NCBI RefSeq assembly: GCF_963921235.1
Contig: NC_086097.1
Span: forward strand, 137,890,001-137,954,000
DNA length: 64,000 nt
Direction of reading: 5' to 3'
From: Mobula hypostoma
Taxonomy: Eukaryota
Position numbers and translations under genes: made by a program. Below the pieces are notes generated by a model. The model was given only the letters and a program-made list of their open reading frames with translations, had not been told where the DNA came from and ran no database searches. Positions within the stretch are counted from its first letter, which is position 1. Every line of letters starts with the position of its first letter. Positions 12,738 to 25,547 of this stretch are shown here, piece by piece.

Positions 12738-13907
12738 CTCCCTCAAAACCATGCTGGAGGGTCAACCCGGATTGTAAAATCCGTTGTGGATGAAGTGGTG
12801 TGTGATGTTCTGTCCAGGGAAGGTAAAAGCCTTTCATTTCCTAACCCTGGTTTTTGGCCGGTGTACTTTGCTCCATGGATAAGGGCTTGGCTTTGCACCC
12901 AGTGCACTCAGGATGGGGATTCACATGAGGTCCAGACACCTCTGGTGACAATGCCTTTTTTTGCTGAATGTTTTGAGTTTAGAGTGACAGCTTGGTTTAG
13001 AATCATGCCTGGATCCTGATATTGATCATTTATAATGGTTATTTCCAAGAGCTAGAACAGGGAGGACATGGCAGGATGCTGATGTGCACTCCCTCTCTCT
13101 CTTTCACCCAAATACACACACACTCACACACACAATCACCCGAGCTGGTTTGAGGCAAAGCATATTTCATTGAACCAATGGGCTGATGTGCAGAGTGGAA
13201 GGAAGCAGACCATTTTCTTGCAGGCAGTTCCTGAAAGCCATGTCCAAATATCAAGCTGCCGAGGATTCCAGAAACACTGAAAAGCAAAGGATTTACTTCA
13301 CAAGTACGAAGTTGGGCTGAGACTAGCTGAGCTGTGGATCAGTTGGATTGATTTAGAGTTCAGACTCCAAGCCAGATATAGAGAGCGGAAATTTAGGAGA
13401 CAATTTGTCTGAATCCAAAATCAGCAGAGGGAAGGAGCCAAAAAATCAGCATCCCCAGCCTTATTGTCCCACACTCCTGGGTCCTTGGCCATAATTGTCC
13501 TGTATCTGGAGGTATCTGTGCATGGGTCTTGTACTGCTGATACATTAACCAAGAGCGTCCAAACAAGGTTGTGCGCTTAATTTGCAGTCCCTACAAATAT
13601 ACCACAATGACCAAATTTCAGAGTACACTGTCCACACTGGTGAAATCAAGAAATTTTATTACCTGATCATCTGCTTACAAACAGCCCACCCCAGTATCAA
13701 CAACAGTATCAACCTGACACATCCATCCTCACACCCTATTGGTGACCTGACCTATCCATTCTCCTGCCGGTCTCACTAATTAGAAAATGTGCCACCTTTT
13801 CATTATGTGATTGGTACATCTTTTAGTCAATTTTCTCTTTATTGCATCTTTAATCGCTTTATAAATAATAATTAACAAAAATGGAAAGTCATTTTGTTAA
13901 TGCTCTG

Positions 13908-14117
13908 TGGTGCTACACATAAACACTGGAGGAACTCAGTGGGTCAGGCAGCTTCTATGGAGAGGAGAAAGCTGTTGATGTTTCAGGCCGAAAGATCAGG
14001 ATGAAAGGTCTCAGAGCGAAACATTGGCTGTTTATTTCCCTTCATAGATGTTGCCTGATCTGCTCAGTTCCTCCACCATTTTACCCTGGATCTCCAGCAT
14101 CTGCAGAATCTCTTGTG
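13908..14117 (+). mobile_element. Penelope-type fold-back hammerhead element
   Basis: Inverted arms; degenerate core GATGAAAGGTCTCAGAGCGAAAC; 14-bp TSD TTGTTAATGCTCTG (13894-13907 and 14118-14131). Confidence 0.8.
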
Positions 14118-14484
14118 TTGTTAATGCTCTGATATTTCTTCTTGGATGATCGAGGGAGGGGTGAGCCAGTGTTTCCTGTAAATAGTATTTACTGCTTTGC
14201 CATACCTTGCCAATTGTAACTATTTTGCTGAGGGCGAGTGTTTTTTTTATCAGCACCAGGAATGTTCAGTACACTGATAATAAATAATATTTAGTACACT
14301 GCCTTACACCTGTGACACATGGTAAGAGCTCTTATTTTTGCACTGACCAGCATTAAGACAGAAAAGGATGTGAACTCAGTAAGTGACAAATATCCAAGGA
14401 ATAAACCAGGACAGGATGTGACTTGGTTTTCCCAATTGGTGAAAGTGAACACATTGGCTCAAAAGGACATCAGTTGTTTGAATA

Positions 14485-14930
14485 AAAGAAGCTTCTTCTA
14501 TTTAGGTAGCTCCGAGTCCAAGTCAGAAAGCACCTTTACAAGAATTGGCAGCTCACTATCAGACAGAGGTGATGCTTGGACATTGTCTGCTCATTGTGCC
14601 ATGAACACTGGCTGGGGCATCAAAGGAAGCTCCTCTGCACTTTAACAGAATAGTTGTGGGATCTTTTATGTCCAGTTGACACTGCTTATGGTCGGGTCCA
14701 GTTTAAAGCAGCAGGCCAGGAAGCATCTGTAGGAAGAAGTACAGTCGACGTTTTGGGCCGAGAACCTTCGTCAGGACTCAGCCAGAAATGTTGACTGTAC
14801 CTCTTCCTAGAGATGCTACCTGGCCTGCCGCGTTCACCAGCAACTTTTATCTGAGTTGCTTGAAATTTCAGCAACTGCAGATTTCCTTGTGTGTTCCAGT
14901 TTAAAGTTTAGCAAGAAATGGCCATGGTCC
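14485..14930 (-). mobile_element. DeuSINE-like fragment hosting a Penelope-type insertion
   Basis: GAATAGTTGTGGGATCTTTTATGTCCAG is the reverse complement of the Deu-domain AAAAGATCCCA motif. Confidence 0.5.
14709..14894 (+). mobile_element. Penelope-type fold-back hammerhead element
   Basis: Inverted arms; minus-strand motif AGTC-CTGACGA-AGGTTCTCGGCCC-AAAACGTC-GACT at 14741-14779; 12-bp TSD TCCAGTTTAAAG (14697-14708 and 14895-14906). Confidence 0.85.
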
Positions 14931-15593
14931 CATCTGTCCAGTTTGAATCTCCCTGCCCAGTTCAGAGGGCAGGATTGAGGTAACCAAGTGAATTTACTCT
15001 TTGTTAGGCATCCATCTCCTTGCCCTTGGCATGCAATGCTCCTGAACTAAAGCATAACATATGAAAAGACTGGATTATGATTATCTGGACTAAGGGTTCT
15101 GCTTTGTAGCTGTCTGTGTCATTACAACATAAGTCAGTCTGAAAGCGACCCTCCCTGCCTCCCAGAGAAAGAAAAGAAAACAGAATTTTAGATCAATTTC
15201 CATTCATCAACCCAGATATTATTCATTCTTTTATGCTTTCAGTGATCTGTGAAGTTGCCGTCAGTACCAGTAACAAATATTTGGAGTAGGAAATGATTTG
15301 TGATGATCGATTTTTAGAAGTCTAAAAGGATTAAATATTCAGCAGATGGATGGGTTAAGTAAAGATTGGAGCCTGTGGATAAAGATAAAACATGTTTGAA
15401 AAACAAACTAAGACCACCAAATCGGGATCACCAAATGTCATCTTTCCATTGTGGGATCTGTGTTGTTGTTGGAGAGGTTGCATTTGTGGGTTAACTTCCT
15501 TAATCATCTTTAGCAGTTAAGATGAAATGGTCAACACATGCTATTTGAGCTGGTAGACAGTTTTGGACCCACACTAGTAGCTCATTTAGCAAT

Positions 15594-15922
15594 TAGATTC
15601 ATAGAGAGATATAGCACAGAAACAAGCTCCTCAGCCCACCGAGTCTGCATTGACTGACACTCTCCATTTATACCAATCATACCCTAATTCATTTTATTCT
15701 CCCCACATTCCCAAGAACTCCCACTCCAGAATCTGTCGCTCACCAACACCCTGCAGACAATCTATAATTGCCAATTAACCTACTCATTGCTGGGATGCGG
15801 GAGGAAACCTGAGCCCCCAGAGGAAACCCACATGGTCACAAACTCCACACGTTCAGGACTGGTTGTCAGGTTTGAACCCGGGTCTCTGGATGTATGAGGC
15901 AGCAGCTCTGCAAGATGCATCA
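15594..15922 (-). mobile_element. HE1-type V-SINE
   Basis: Minus strand: tRNA-like head with B box GGTTCAAACC, V-domain GTGTGGAGTTTG..GTGGGTTTCCTCTGGGGGCTCAGGTTTCCTCCC and a CR1-derived tail. Confidence 0.85.
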
Positions 15923-15984
15923 TTCAGGCTCAGAAAAGAGCCAGCAACCAGGAGCTATTAAAGGGCTATGGAGTCAACACCGAG

Positions 15985-16355
15985 ATGGTCTGGACTTTTT
16001 GTCTCAGAATAAGAGAATAGGGCTCAAGCCTGCCTCTGTTAATTTGAACATGATTTAAAGCTGATTTGAGGAGTGCATAGACTGTCTTAGGTGCTGCTTT
16101 TTTTTTGGTCTGTAATTTAAGGCTCATTTTGCTTTTCCAGGTACATTTAAAAAGATCCATGATTTACAGTATATATGTAGTATACTGTATATGTTCCTGT
16201 AAAATAAATCTCAAATCATTCTACCTGGTCTCCTGTCCTATATTTACCTAATTAAATTCACAGGAAAACAGATACAGTAATCAGTTTTTTAATATATTAT
16301 TGCCATTTTTGGGGTCTTGCACTGTGTAATTTGGCTGTCTCACTTCCTGCACCAA
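15985..16355 (+). mobile_element. DeuSINE (SacSINE1-like) 5' part; 3' part at about 21762-21845
   Basis: GAGGAGTGCATAGACTGTCTTAGGTGC, AAAAGATCCATG and TTTGGGGTCTTGC..AATTTGGCTG match the recalled Deu consensus; it resumes as AACAGTGATTGCATTTCACAAAGTGC. Confidence 0.55.
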
Positions 16356-16682
16356 CTAACTTGCAGAAATGTTCAAAGACATTTTCAATCTCTCATTGCT
16401 ACAGTCAGAGGTTCCCCACCTGCTTCAAAAGGGCAACAATTACACCAATGCCCAAGAAGAGCAGCGTGAGCTGCCTCAACGACTGTCGTCCAGTAGCACT
16501 CACATCTACAGTGATGAAATACTTTGAGAGGTTGGTTATGGCTAGAATCAACTCCTGTCTTAGGAAGGACCTGGACTATTGCAATTTGCCTATCACGACA
16601 ATAGGTCTACAGCAGATGCTATCCCTTACGCTCTCCATGTGGCCTTGGATCACCTGGACAATACAAGTACCTATATCAGGAT

Positions 16683-17456
16683 AAGACCATAAAACCATAA
16701 GCTACAGGGGCAGAAGTAGGCCATTCAGCCCATCGAGTCTGCTCTGCCATTCAATCAAGGGCTGATCCAATTCTTCCAGTCATCCCCACTCCCCTGCCTT
16801 CTCCCCATACCCTTTGATGTCTTGGCTAATCAGGAACCTATCTATCTCTGCCTTAAATACACCCAATGACTTGGCCTCCACAGCCACTTGTGGCAACAAA
16901 TTCCACAGATTTACCACCCTCTGACTAAAGTAACTTCACCGCATCTCTGTTCTAATTGGACGTCATGCAATCCTGAAGTCATGCCCTCTTGTGCTAGACT
17001 CCCCTACCATAGGAAATAACTTTGCCATATCTAATCTCTTCAGGCCTTTTAACATTCGGAATGTTTCTATGTGATCCCCCCTCATTCTCCTGAACTCCAG
17101 GGAATACAGCCCAAGAGCTGCCAGACATTCCTCATACGGTAACCTTTTCATTCCTGGAATAATTATTGTGAATCTTCTCTGAACCCTCTCCAATGTCAGT
17201 ATATCCTTTCTAAAATAAGGAGCCCAAAACTGCACGCAATACTCCAAGTGTGGTCTCACAAGTGTCTTATAGAACTTCAACATCACATCCTTGCTCTTAT
17301 ATTCTATACCTCTAGAAATAAATGCCAACATTGCATTCGCCTTCTTCACCTTTAGGGTATCCTGCACAAGGACTCCCAAGTCCCGTTGCATCTCTGCATT
17401 TTGAATTCTCGCCCCATCTAAATAATAGTCTGCCCGTTTATTTCTTCCACCAAAGT
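16683..17456 (-). mobile_element. CR1 3' fragment inserted into Rex1
   Basis: LVRPHLEYCVQFWAPYFRKDILTLERVQRRFT; GGAT present at both junctions. Confidence 0.92.
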
Positions 17457-17936
17457 GGATGCTGTTTTATTGACTGCAGCTCGTCATTTAACACTATCAT
17501 TCCTACAGTCCTGCCTCAAAAGCTCCAGAACCTGGCTCTCTCTACCTTCCCGTGCAACTGGATCCTTGACTTACTAACCGGAAGACCACAGTCTGTGCAG
17601 ATTGGAAATAACATCCACACCTTGCCGACGATCAACACTGGCGCACCTCAGCGATGTGTGCTTAGCCCACTTGCTCTACTCTCTCTACACTCATGACGTG
17701 TGGCTAGGCATAGCTCAAATACCACCTATAAAGTTTCTGACAATACAACCATTGTTGGCAGAATCTTAGATGGTGATGAGAGGGCGTACAGGAGTGAGAT
17801 ACACCAACTAGTTGGTGTCGGTCGCAGCAACAACTTTGCAATCAACATCAGTAAGATCAAAGCACTGATTGTGGACTTCAGGAAGGGTAAGACGAGGGAA
17901 CACACGCCGGTCCTTTTAGAGGGATCAGAAGTGATG

Positions 17937-20900
17937 GTAAGAATTGGAGGAGATGGCAGTTGAATGTGTGGCTGAGGAGTTGGTGCAGGGAGCAGGGTTT
18001 GAGATTTTTAGATCATTGGGATCTCTTCTGGGGAAGGTGGGACCTGTACAGATTGGATGGGTTGCACCTGAACTCGGCGGGGAGCAATATCCTTGCAGGT
18101 AGGTTTGCTAACATGGTTCGGGAGGGTTTAAACTAATTTGCGAGGGGGATGGGACCCAGAGCGATAGAGCAGTGAAAGAAGTGCATGGAGTAAAGCCAGA
18201 TCTAACGTACAGAGAGGCTTTGAGGAAAGAGAAGCAGAATAAACAGAGCAGAATAAGCTGAAATGTGTGTACCTCAATGCAAGAAGCATCAGGAACAAAG
18301 GTGATGAACTGAGAGCTTGGATACGTACATGGAATTATGATGTAGTGGCCATTACAGAGACTTGGCTGGCACCAGGGCAGGAATGGATTCTCAATATTCC
18401 TGGATTTCAGTGCTTTAAAAGGGATAGAGAGGGGGGGAAAAAGGGGAGGAGGGTTGGCATTACTGGTCAGGGATACTATTACAGCTACAGAAAGGGTGGG
18501 TAATGTAGCAGGATCCTCTTTTGAGTCAATATGGGTGGAAGTCAGGAACAGGAAGGGAGCTGTTACTCTACTGGAGGTATTCTATAGGCCCCCTAGTAGC
18601 AGCAGAGATACGGAGGAGCAGATTGGGAGACAGATTTTGGAAAGGTGCAAAAATAACAGGGTTGTTATCATGGGTGACTTTAACTTCCCTAATATTGATT
18701 GGCACCTGATTAGTTCCAAGGGTTTAGATGGGGCAGAGTCTGTTAAGTGTGTCCAGGATGGATTCCTGTCACAGCATGTGGACAGGCCGACCAGGGGGAA
18801 TGCCATACTAGATCTAGTACTAGGTAATGAACTGGGTCAGGTCACAGATCCCTCAGTGGGTGAGCATCTGGGGGACAGTGACCACCGCTCCCTGGTCTTT
18901 AGCATTATCATGGAAAAGGATAGAATCAGAGAGGACAGGAAAATTTTTAATTGGGGAAAGGCAAATTATGAGGCTATAAGGCTAGAACTTGCAGGTGTGA
19001 ATTGGGATGATGTTTTTGCAGGGAAATGTACTATGGACATGTGGTCGATGTTTAGAGATCTCTTGCGAGATGTAAGGGATAAATTTGTCCCAGTGAGGAA
19101 GATAAAGAATGGTAGGGTGAAGGAACCATGGGTGACAAGTGAGGTGGAAAATCTAGTCAGGTGGATGAAGGCAGCATACATGAGGTTTAGGAAGCAAGGA
19201 TCAGATGGGTCTATTGAGGAATATAGGGAAGCAAGAAAGGAGCTTAAGAAAGGGCTGAGAAGAGCAAGAAGGGGGCATGAGAAGGCCTTGGTGAGTAGGG
19301 TAAAGGAAAACCCCAAGGCATTCTTCAATTATGTGAAGAAAAAAAGGATGACAAGAGTGAAGGTAGGACCGATTAGAGATAAAGGTGGGAAGACGTGCCT
19401 GGAGGCTGTGGAAGTGAGCGAGGTCCTCAATGAATACTTCTCTTTGGTATTCACCAATGAGAGGGAACTTGATGATGGTGAGGACAATATGAGTGAGGTT
19501 GATGTTTTGGAGCATGTTGATATTAAGGGAGAGGAGGTGTTGGAGTTCTTAAAATACATTAGGACGGATAAGTCCCCGGGGCCTGACGGAATATTCCCCA
19601 GGCTGCTCCATGAGGCGAGAGAAGAGATTGCTGAGCCTCTGGCTAGGATCTTTATGTCCTCATTGTCCACGGGAATGGTACCGGAGGATTGGAGGGAGGC
19701 AAATGTTGTCCCCTTGTTCAAAAAAGGTAGTAGGGATAGTCCGGGTAATTATAGACCAGTGAGCCTTGCGTCTGTGGTGGGAAAGCTGTTGGAAAAGATT
19801 CTTAGAGATAGGATCTATAGACATTTAGAGAATCATGGTCTGATCAGGGACAGTCAGCATGGCTTTGTGAAGGGCAGATCGTGTCTAACAAGCCTGATAG
19901 AGTTCTTTGAGGAGGTGACTAGGCATATGAGGGTAGTGCAGTGGATGTGATCTACATGGATTTTAGTAAGGCATTTGACAAGGTTCCACATGGTAGGCTT
20001 ATTCAGAAAGTTAGAAGGCATGGGATCCAGGGAAGTTTGGCCAGGTGGATTCAGAATTAGCTTGCCTGCAGAAAGCAGAGGGTGGTGGTGGAGGGAGTAC
20101 ACTCAGATTGGAGGATTGTGACTAGTGGTGTCCCACAAGGATCTGTTCTGGGACCTCTACTTTTCATGATTTTTATTAACGACCTGGATGTTGGGGTAGA
20201 AGGGTGGGTTGGCAAGTTTGCAGACGACACAAAGGTTGGTGATGTTGTAGATAGAGTAGAGGATTGTCAAAGATTGCAGAGAGACATCGATAGGATGCAG
20301 AAGGGGGCTGAGAAGTGGCAGATGGAATTCAACCCGGAGAAGTGTGAGGTGATACACTTTGGAAGGACAAACTCCAAGGCAGAGTACAAAGTAAATGGCA
20401 GGACACTTGTTAGTGTGGAGGAGCAGAGGGATCTCGGGGTACATGTCCACAGATCCCTGAAAGTTGCCTCACAGGTGGATAGGGTAGTTAAGAAAGCTTA
20501 TGGGATGTTAGCTTTCATAAGTCGAGGGATACAATTTAAGAGTCGTGATGTAATGATGCAGCTCTGTAAAACTCTGGTTAGGCCACACTTGGAGTACTAT
20601 GTCCTCACTATAGGAAGGATGTGGAAGCATTGGAAAGGGTACAGAGGAGATTTACCAGGATGCTGCCTGGTTTAGAAAGTATGCATTATGATCAGAGATT
20701 AAGGGAGCTAAGGCTTTACTCTTTGGACAGAAGGAGGATGAGAGGAGACATGATAGAGGTAAACAAGATAATAAGAGGAATAGATAGAGTGGACAGCCAG
20801 TGCCTCTTCCCCAGGGCACCACTGCTCAATACAAGAGGACATGGCTTTAAGGTAAGGGGTGGGAAGTTCAAGGGGGATATTAGAGGAAGGTTTTTTACTC

Positions 20901-21085
20901 AGAGAGTGGTTGGTGCTTGGAATGCACTGCCTGAGTCAGTGGTGGAGGCAGATACACTAGTTTAAGAGACTACTAGACAGGTATATGGAGGAATTTAAGG
21001 TGGGGGCTTATATTGGAGGCAGGGTTTGAGGGTTGGCACAACATTGTGGGCCGAAGGGCCTGTACTGTGCTGTACTATTCTATGT
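17937..21085 (+). mobile_element. Young 5'-truncated CR1 LINE
   Basis: 8-bp TSD AAGTGATG (17929-17936 and 21086-21093); ORF1 C-terminus (DGLHLN) ending at about 18135; near-complete ORF2 and tail. Confidence 0.97.
18267..21010 (+). pseudogene. CR1 ORF2 (AP endonuclease plus reverse transcriptase) with a few frameshifts and a stop
   Basis: YLNARSIRNK, ITETW, MGDFN, SDH, NYRPVSL, GVPQGSVLGP and FADD across ORFs 18267-18503, 18454-19950, 20082-20675 and 20621-20965. Confidence 0.95.
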
Positions 21086-21924
21086 AAGTGATGAGAGTGA
21101 GCAATTTCAAGTTCCTGTGTGTCAATATCTCTGAGGACCTAACCTGGACCAAACATATCGATGCAACCATAAAGAAGGCAAGACAGAGGCTATGTTTCAT
21201 TAGGAGCTTCAGGAGATTTGGCATGTCACCAGAAACACTCCCAAATTTCCCCAGATGCACCATGGAGAGCATTCTATCTGGCTGCATCACCGTCTGGTGC
21301 GGGGAGCGGTGGGCTACTGCACTGGATCAAAGTTAGCTGTAGAGAGTTGTAAAATTAGTCAGCTCCATCATTGGCACTAACCTCCGTAGTATCCAGGACA
21401 TCTTCAAAGAGATGTACCTCAAAAAGACAGCGTCCATCATTAAGGACCACCATCACCCAGGGCATGCCATCTTCTCACCGTTACCATCAGGTAGGAGGTA
21501 CAGAAGCCTGAAGGCACACACTCAGCGATTCAGGAACAGCTTCTTCCCCTCTGCCACCTGATTCCTAAATGGACATTGAACCCTTCGACACTAGCTCACT
21601 AACTTTTTATTTCTATTCTTTTGCACTGCTATTTAATTTAACTATGCAATAAATATACTGTAATTCATTTTCTCTCTATTATTATGTATTACATTTTACT
21701 GCTGCTGCAAAATTAACACATTTCATGACGTATGCTGGTTGTATTAAACCTGCTTCCGATTTCAAACAGTGATTGCATTTCACAAAGTGCATTATTGTCT
21801 GTACAGGGATTGAGATTGTTCAGAGTTGGTTTCATCACGGCTGCTGTCACTTGAGCATATTCAGTGTGGTTGCATGTTTCTCAATTGGAAATGAGGAATG
21901 CCCTGGGGCATGCACTTTGCACTA

Positions 21925-22100
21925 AATGAGCTTTTTTTTGTTCCAGTTGTTTTCTTTCTTGTAAACATTGTGTTTAATTAGTTTTTTCCTTGGAAATGCT
22001 GCTCATATGACGCTATTCGCCTGTGATGGTACTGCAAGAAAGTTTTCATTGCACCTGTGCATACCTGTTCATGCGATAATAAACAACTTTAGTTTTGATT
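21925..22100 (+). mobile_element. Rex1-like 3' UTR fragment
   Basis: CTGCAAGAAAGTTTTCATTGCACCTGTGCATAC..AATAAAC. Confidence 0.5.
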
Positions 22101-22395
22101 GTGGTGATGTTACATGGTGCAAGCTAGCTCCTCAAATGTATGCTTAATGTTCTTCATCACTTGCTGTCCATGTTGTTTCTCACTCTTCCCCTGCTCCTTT
22201 CTAGCTTTCTCTTCCTGTTTTACCATCTCCCTCTCTCTGTTCACCTGAGACTCTCATCTCTTTACGATCTTTCCTTCCTTTACATTATGAATAGCCAAGG
22301 AAGAGTATGTTAGTGTGAATTTGCAGGGAATATGTGCTAATGTATTTTGGCCTCAATGAAGGAAAGGCTAGGGTAGAACTGGAGTGCCATAATCA

Positions 22396-22588
22396 TTTCA
22401 CCATGCTCGACAGACCTGCGCAGAACACAGGCACGACTGCTAATGTCGCTACCTTACATATTTACATATTACTATTTAATTATTTATGGTTTTATTCCTA
22501 TTTAATTATTTATGGTGCAACTGTAATGCAAACCAATTTCCCTCAGGATCAATAAAGTGTGACTATGACTATGAATATGACTATGACT
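22396..22588 (+). mobile_element. Rex1-like 3' tail ending in (GACTAT)n
   Basis: CCAATTTCCCTCAGGATCAATAAAG followed by GACTAT repeats. Confidence 0.7.
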
Positions 22589-22680
22589 TACACCTCCAGC
22601 AACCTGGGTTGGATCCTGACCTTGGGTGCTGCTGCAGGTTTTCCTGTGACTCTGTCGGCTTCTTTCGGATTCTTCTGAAG
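22589..22680 (+). mobile_element. V-SINE fragment
   Basis: CCTGGGTTGGATCCTGACCTTGGGTGCTG head, as in the other copies. Confidence 0.5.
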
Positions 22681-22787
22681 ACTCCCAGTGGGCTGCCTAT
22701 GCTCCTCTCAATGTTCACAGCCTCCTGATTCAAATTAATAACAGGAGTTAATCACTCGAGTGTTCTCCGTTATTCAATGGGTGCATG

Positions 22788-23572
22788 ACCAACTTACCTT
22801 ATTGTCGCCAAACAATTGATACAAGAGCATATAATCATCACAGCGATATTTGATTCTGCGCTTCCCGCTCCCTGGAGTACAAGTCTATAGTAAATATAAT
22901 AAGAATTTAAATTATAAGTCATAAATAGAAAATAGAAAATGGCAAGTAAGGTAGTGCAAAAAAACCAAGAGGCAGGTCTGCATATTTGGAGGGTACGGCT
23001 CAGATCCGGGTCAGGATCCGTTCAGCAGTCTTATCACAGTTGGAAAGAAGCTGTTCCCAAATCTGGCCGTACGAGTCTTCAAGCTCCTGAGCCTTCTCCC
23101 GGAGGGAAGAGGGACAAAAAGTGTGTTGGCTGGGTGGGTCGTGTCCTTGATTATCCTGGCAGCACTGCTCCGACAGCGTGCAGTGTAAAGTGAGTCCAAG
23201 GACGGAAGAAGTGCTGGGCTGTGTTCATGATCTTCTGCAGCTTCTTCCGGCCTTGGACAGGGCAACTTCCATTCCAGGTTGAGATGCACCCTAGACAAAT
23301 GCTTTCTACAGTGCATCTATAAAAATTAGTGAGGGTTTTAGGGGGCAGGCCAAATTTCTTTAGTTTTCTCAGGAAGTAAAGGCGCTGGTGGGCCTTCTTG
23401 GCAATGGACTCTGCTTGGTTGGACCAAGTCAGGTCATTTGTGATATTGACCCCGAGGAACTTAAAGCTTCTGATCTGTTCCACTTGCACACCACTGATGT
23501 AAATTGGGTCGTGTGGTCCGCTACTCCTTCTGAATTCAACAACCAATTCCTTCGTCTTGCTGACATTGAGCT
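22788..23572 (-). mobile_element. Rex1/Babar-like LINE 3' part
   Basis: FKFLGVNITNDLTW..KKAHQRLYFLRKLKKF and IIKDTTHPANTLFVPLPSGRR. Confidence 0.92.
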
Positions 23573-23949
23573 TGCAATTTGTTGTAAACTCAGTTCTCTC
23601 CCCTCTAGCCCTTGGAACCCTTACTCATTAGGAGTCTGTATGAGTATTCAAGACTGTTGTCACTGACCTTGGGGGAAGAAAGATCCAAAGGCTCACAACA
23701 TTTTGGAACATTCCACCGCAACACCCCCCCCCCCAACCCCCCGCACCGACCCACCAGCCAAGCCAGACCAATATGTTAGAGCAGCCTGTAGGGAATTGCC
23801 TTGTGTCTGCAGGGTAATTAGATTGATTTTCCAATCTTTGTAGAGAATGCATCAAATCCCTTGGCTGAGAGAAATGGAAAAAGAGCCAAACACATAGTAA
23901 AGGGCATGCTTCACATAGATACCATCAGTGGAGCTGTAACTAATAGGAG

Positions 23950-24228
23950 ACAAAGGCATTCATCTTCAGAACCCTCGTTCATGGCCCACACTCAAAGATT
24001 CAGGCCCACACTTAACAATTCAGAAATGGCTTCTTCACCTCCACCATCAGATTTCTGAACAGTCCATGAACCCGTGAACCACAACCTCATTATTTTTTTT
24101 GCTGTTTATTTATTTTTTGTAATTTATAGTAACTTTTAGCATTTTGTGCCTTTGCACTGGCCCGCTGCTGCAAAATAATAAATTTCAGATAATTTAAGTG
24201 AGTGATAATAAATCTGATCTGATTCTGA
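23950..24228 (+). mobile_element. Rex1-like 3' fragment
   Basis: CACACTCAAAGATTC..CCATCAGATTTCTGAA; AATAAA and a GATTCT tail. Confidence 0.65.
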
Positions 24229-25169
24229 AGTTACCTCTGTCTTAGACTGATCTGTCTTGAATGGAGTATCTGCCCGGGCTGTTAGATCCTAAGGAGGTTG
24301 GGCCCAACCAAGAGTTTTGGCAGAAAAATGTTTCTCTTTTTTTGTTGTTATACAATTTGTACTCTGGTTTTTGTCACACTTTTTTTCTCTTGGTTGAATA
24401 AACATTAGTAAAGTGGCCATTATTCATATTCTCTGGCATGTTCATCTCAGCACTATAGAGTATAGAGACAGTCTGGATTGCTTCTCGAAACAGACAACCT
24501 GCAATTGCAACACATCTCTACACACATGGGCAGATACACAAGGGATTTGGAGCTGTAGAAGTGGAGAGCCGGGTTGTTCTACGTCAATGGGATAACTCCA
24601 GCTAAAGGAGTGAGTGTCTGAGTGATTGTCTGCTGGTTCAGGTGACTGATGACTTTCAACCTTTCAGCTGTTACTGGTTTGATTCCCTCAGATGTATTTA
24701 GTCCACTTTTGGGGAGCTAAAAATGAACTAAAAATAAAATAAACTTTAAAAAAATGAAATCAAATCCTCAGAAAGAGGTGATGTAGGATTGGAAGATGTA
24801 GAATCCTTGTGGGTAGAGTTAAGAAACTGCAAAGGTAAAAAGACCCTGATGGGTGTTGTATAAAAGCCCCTGAACAGTAGTTGGGATGTGGGGTATAAAT
24901 TTCAATGGGAAATAGAAAAGGCATGCAAAAAGGACAATGTTACGATAGTCATGGGGGATTGCTATATGCAGGTAGGTTGGGAAAATCAGGTTGGAGCTGG
25001 ATCCCAAGAGAGGGAATTTGTAGAAAGCTTATGAGATAGGTTTTTACAGCAGCTTGTGGTTGAACCCAATAAGGGATAGGCATTTCTGACCACGTGTTGT
25101 TTAATGAATCAGATTTGGCTAGGGAGCTTAATGTAAAGGAGCCCTTTGGAGGCAGTGATCATAAAAAAG

Positions 25170-25390
25170 GATTTAGTGCTTTCCCAGCATATATGATGAA
25201 TAAACTCTTCTCGGGCTTCCAGCCAGGTACAGGTATCAATCATAACTGAAGTTTCAATGACAAACTTCACCATCTTCATCAGGGACGATGCCCGGGCACG
25301 TCTAGTCGAGTGGTATTTTTACCCCCATAATCCGTCCCTCCTGATTGGCTAGTCTTCATCCAATCAGGTTTCCCCTCTCACCCCCTTGTG
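25170..25390 (-). mobile_element. Second-family Penelope-like pseudo-LTR with a hammerhead core
   Basis: Minus strand CCTGATGAAGATGGTGAAGTTTGTCATTGAAAC (25251-25283); paired CCAATCAG motifs; interrupts the CR1. Confidence 0.7.
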
Positions 25391-25547
25391 ATCGGAGTAT
25401 TATAGAATTTACCCTGCAGTTTGTGAGGGAGAAGATAAAGTTTGTGAGGGAGAAGATAAAGTCAGAAGTATCTGTATTACAGTGGAATAAAGGGAATTAC
25501 AGAGGCATGAGAGAGGAGTGAGGCAAAATTAGTTGGAAGGTGATACT

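Larger units (their letters stand above)
16358..21762 (+). mobile_element. Rex1/Babar-like LINE in three pieces (16358-16682, 17461-17936, 21094-21762)
   Basis: [49 protein letters not shown] and NFKFLCVNISEDLTW..KKARQRL; the pieces are colinear once the CR1 inserts are removed. Confidence 0.92.

Noticed and set aside
25419..25461. Tandem duplication of about 22 bp in CR1
   Set aside because: An ordinary local slippage event.
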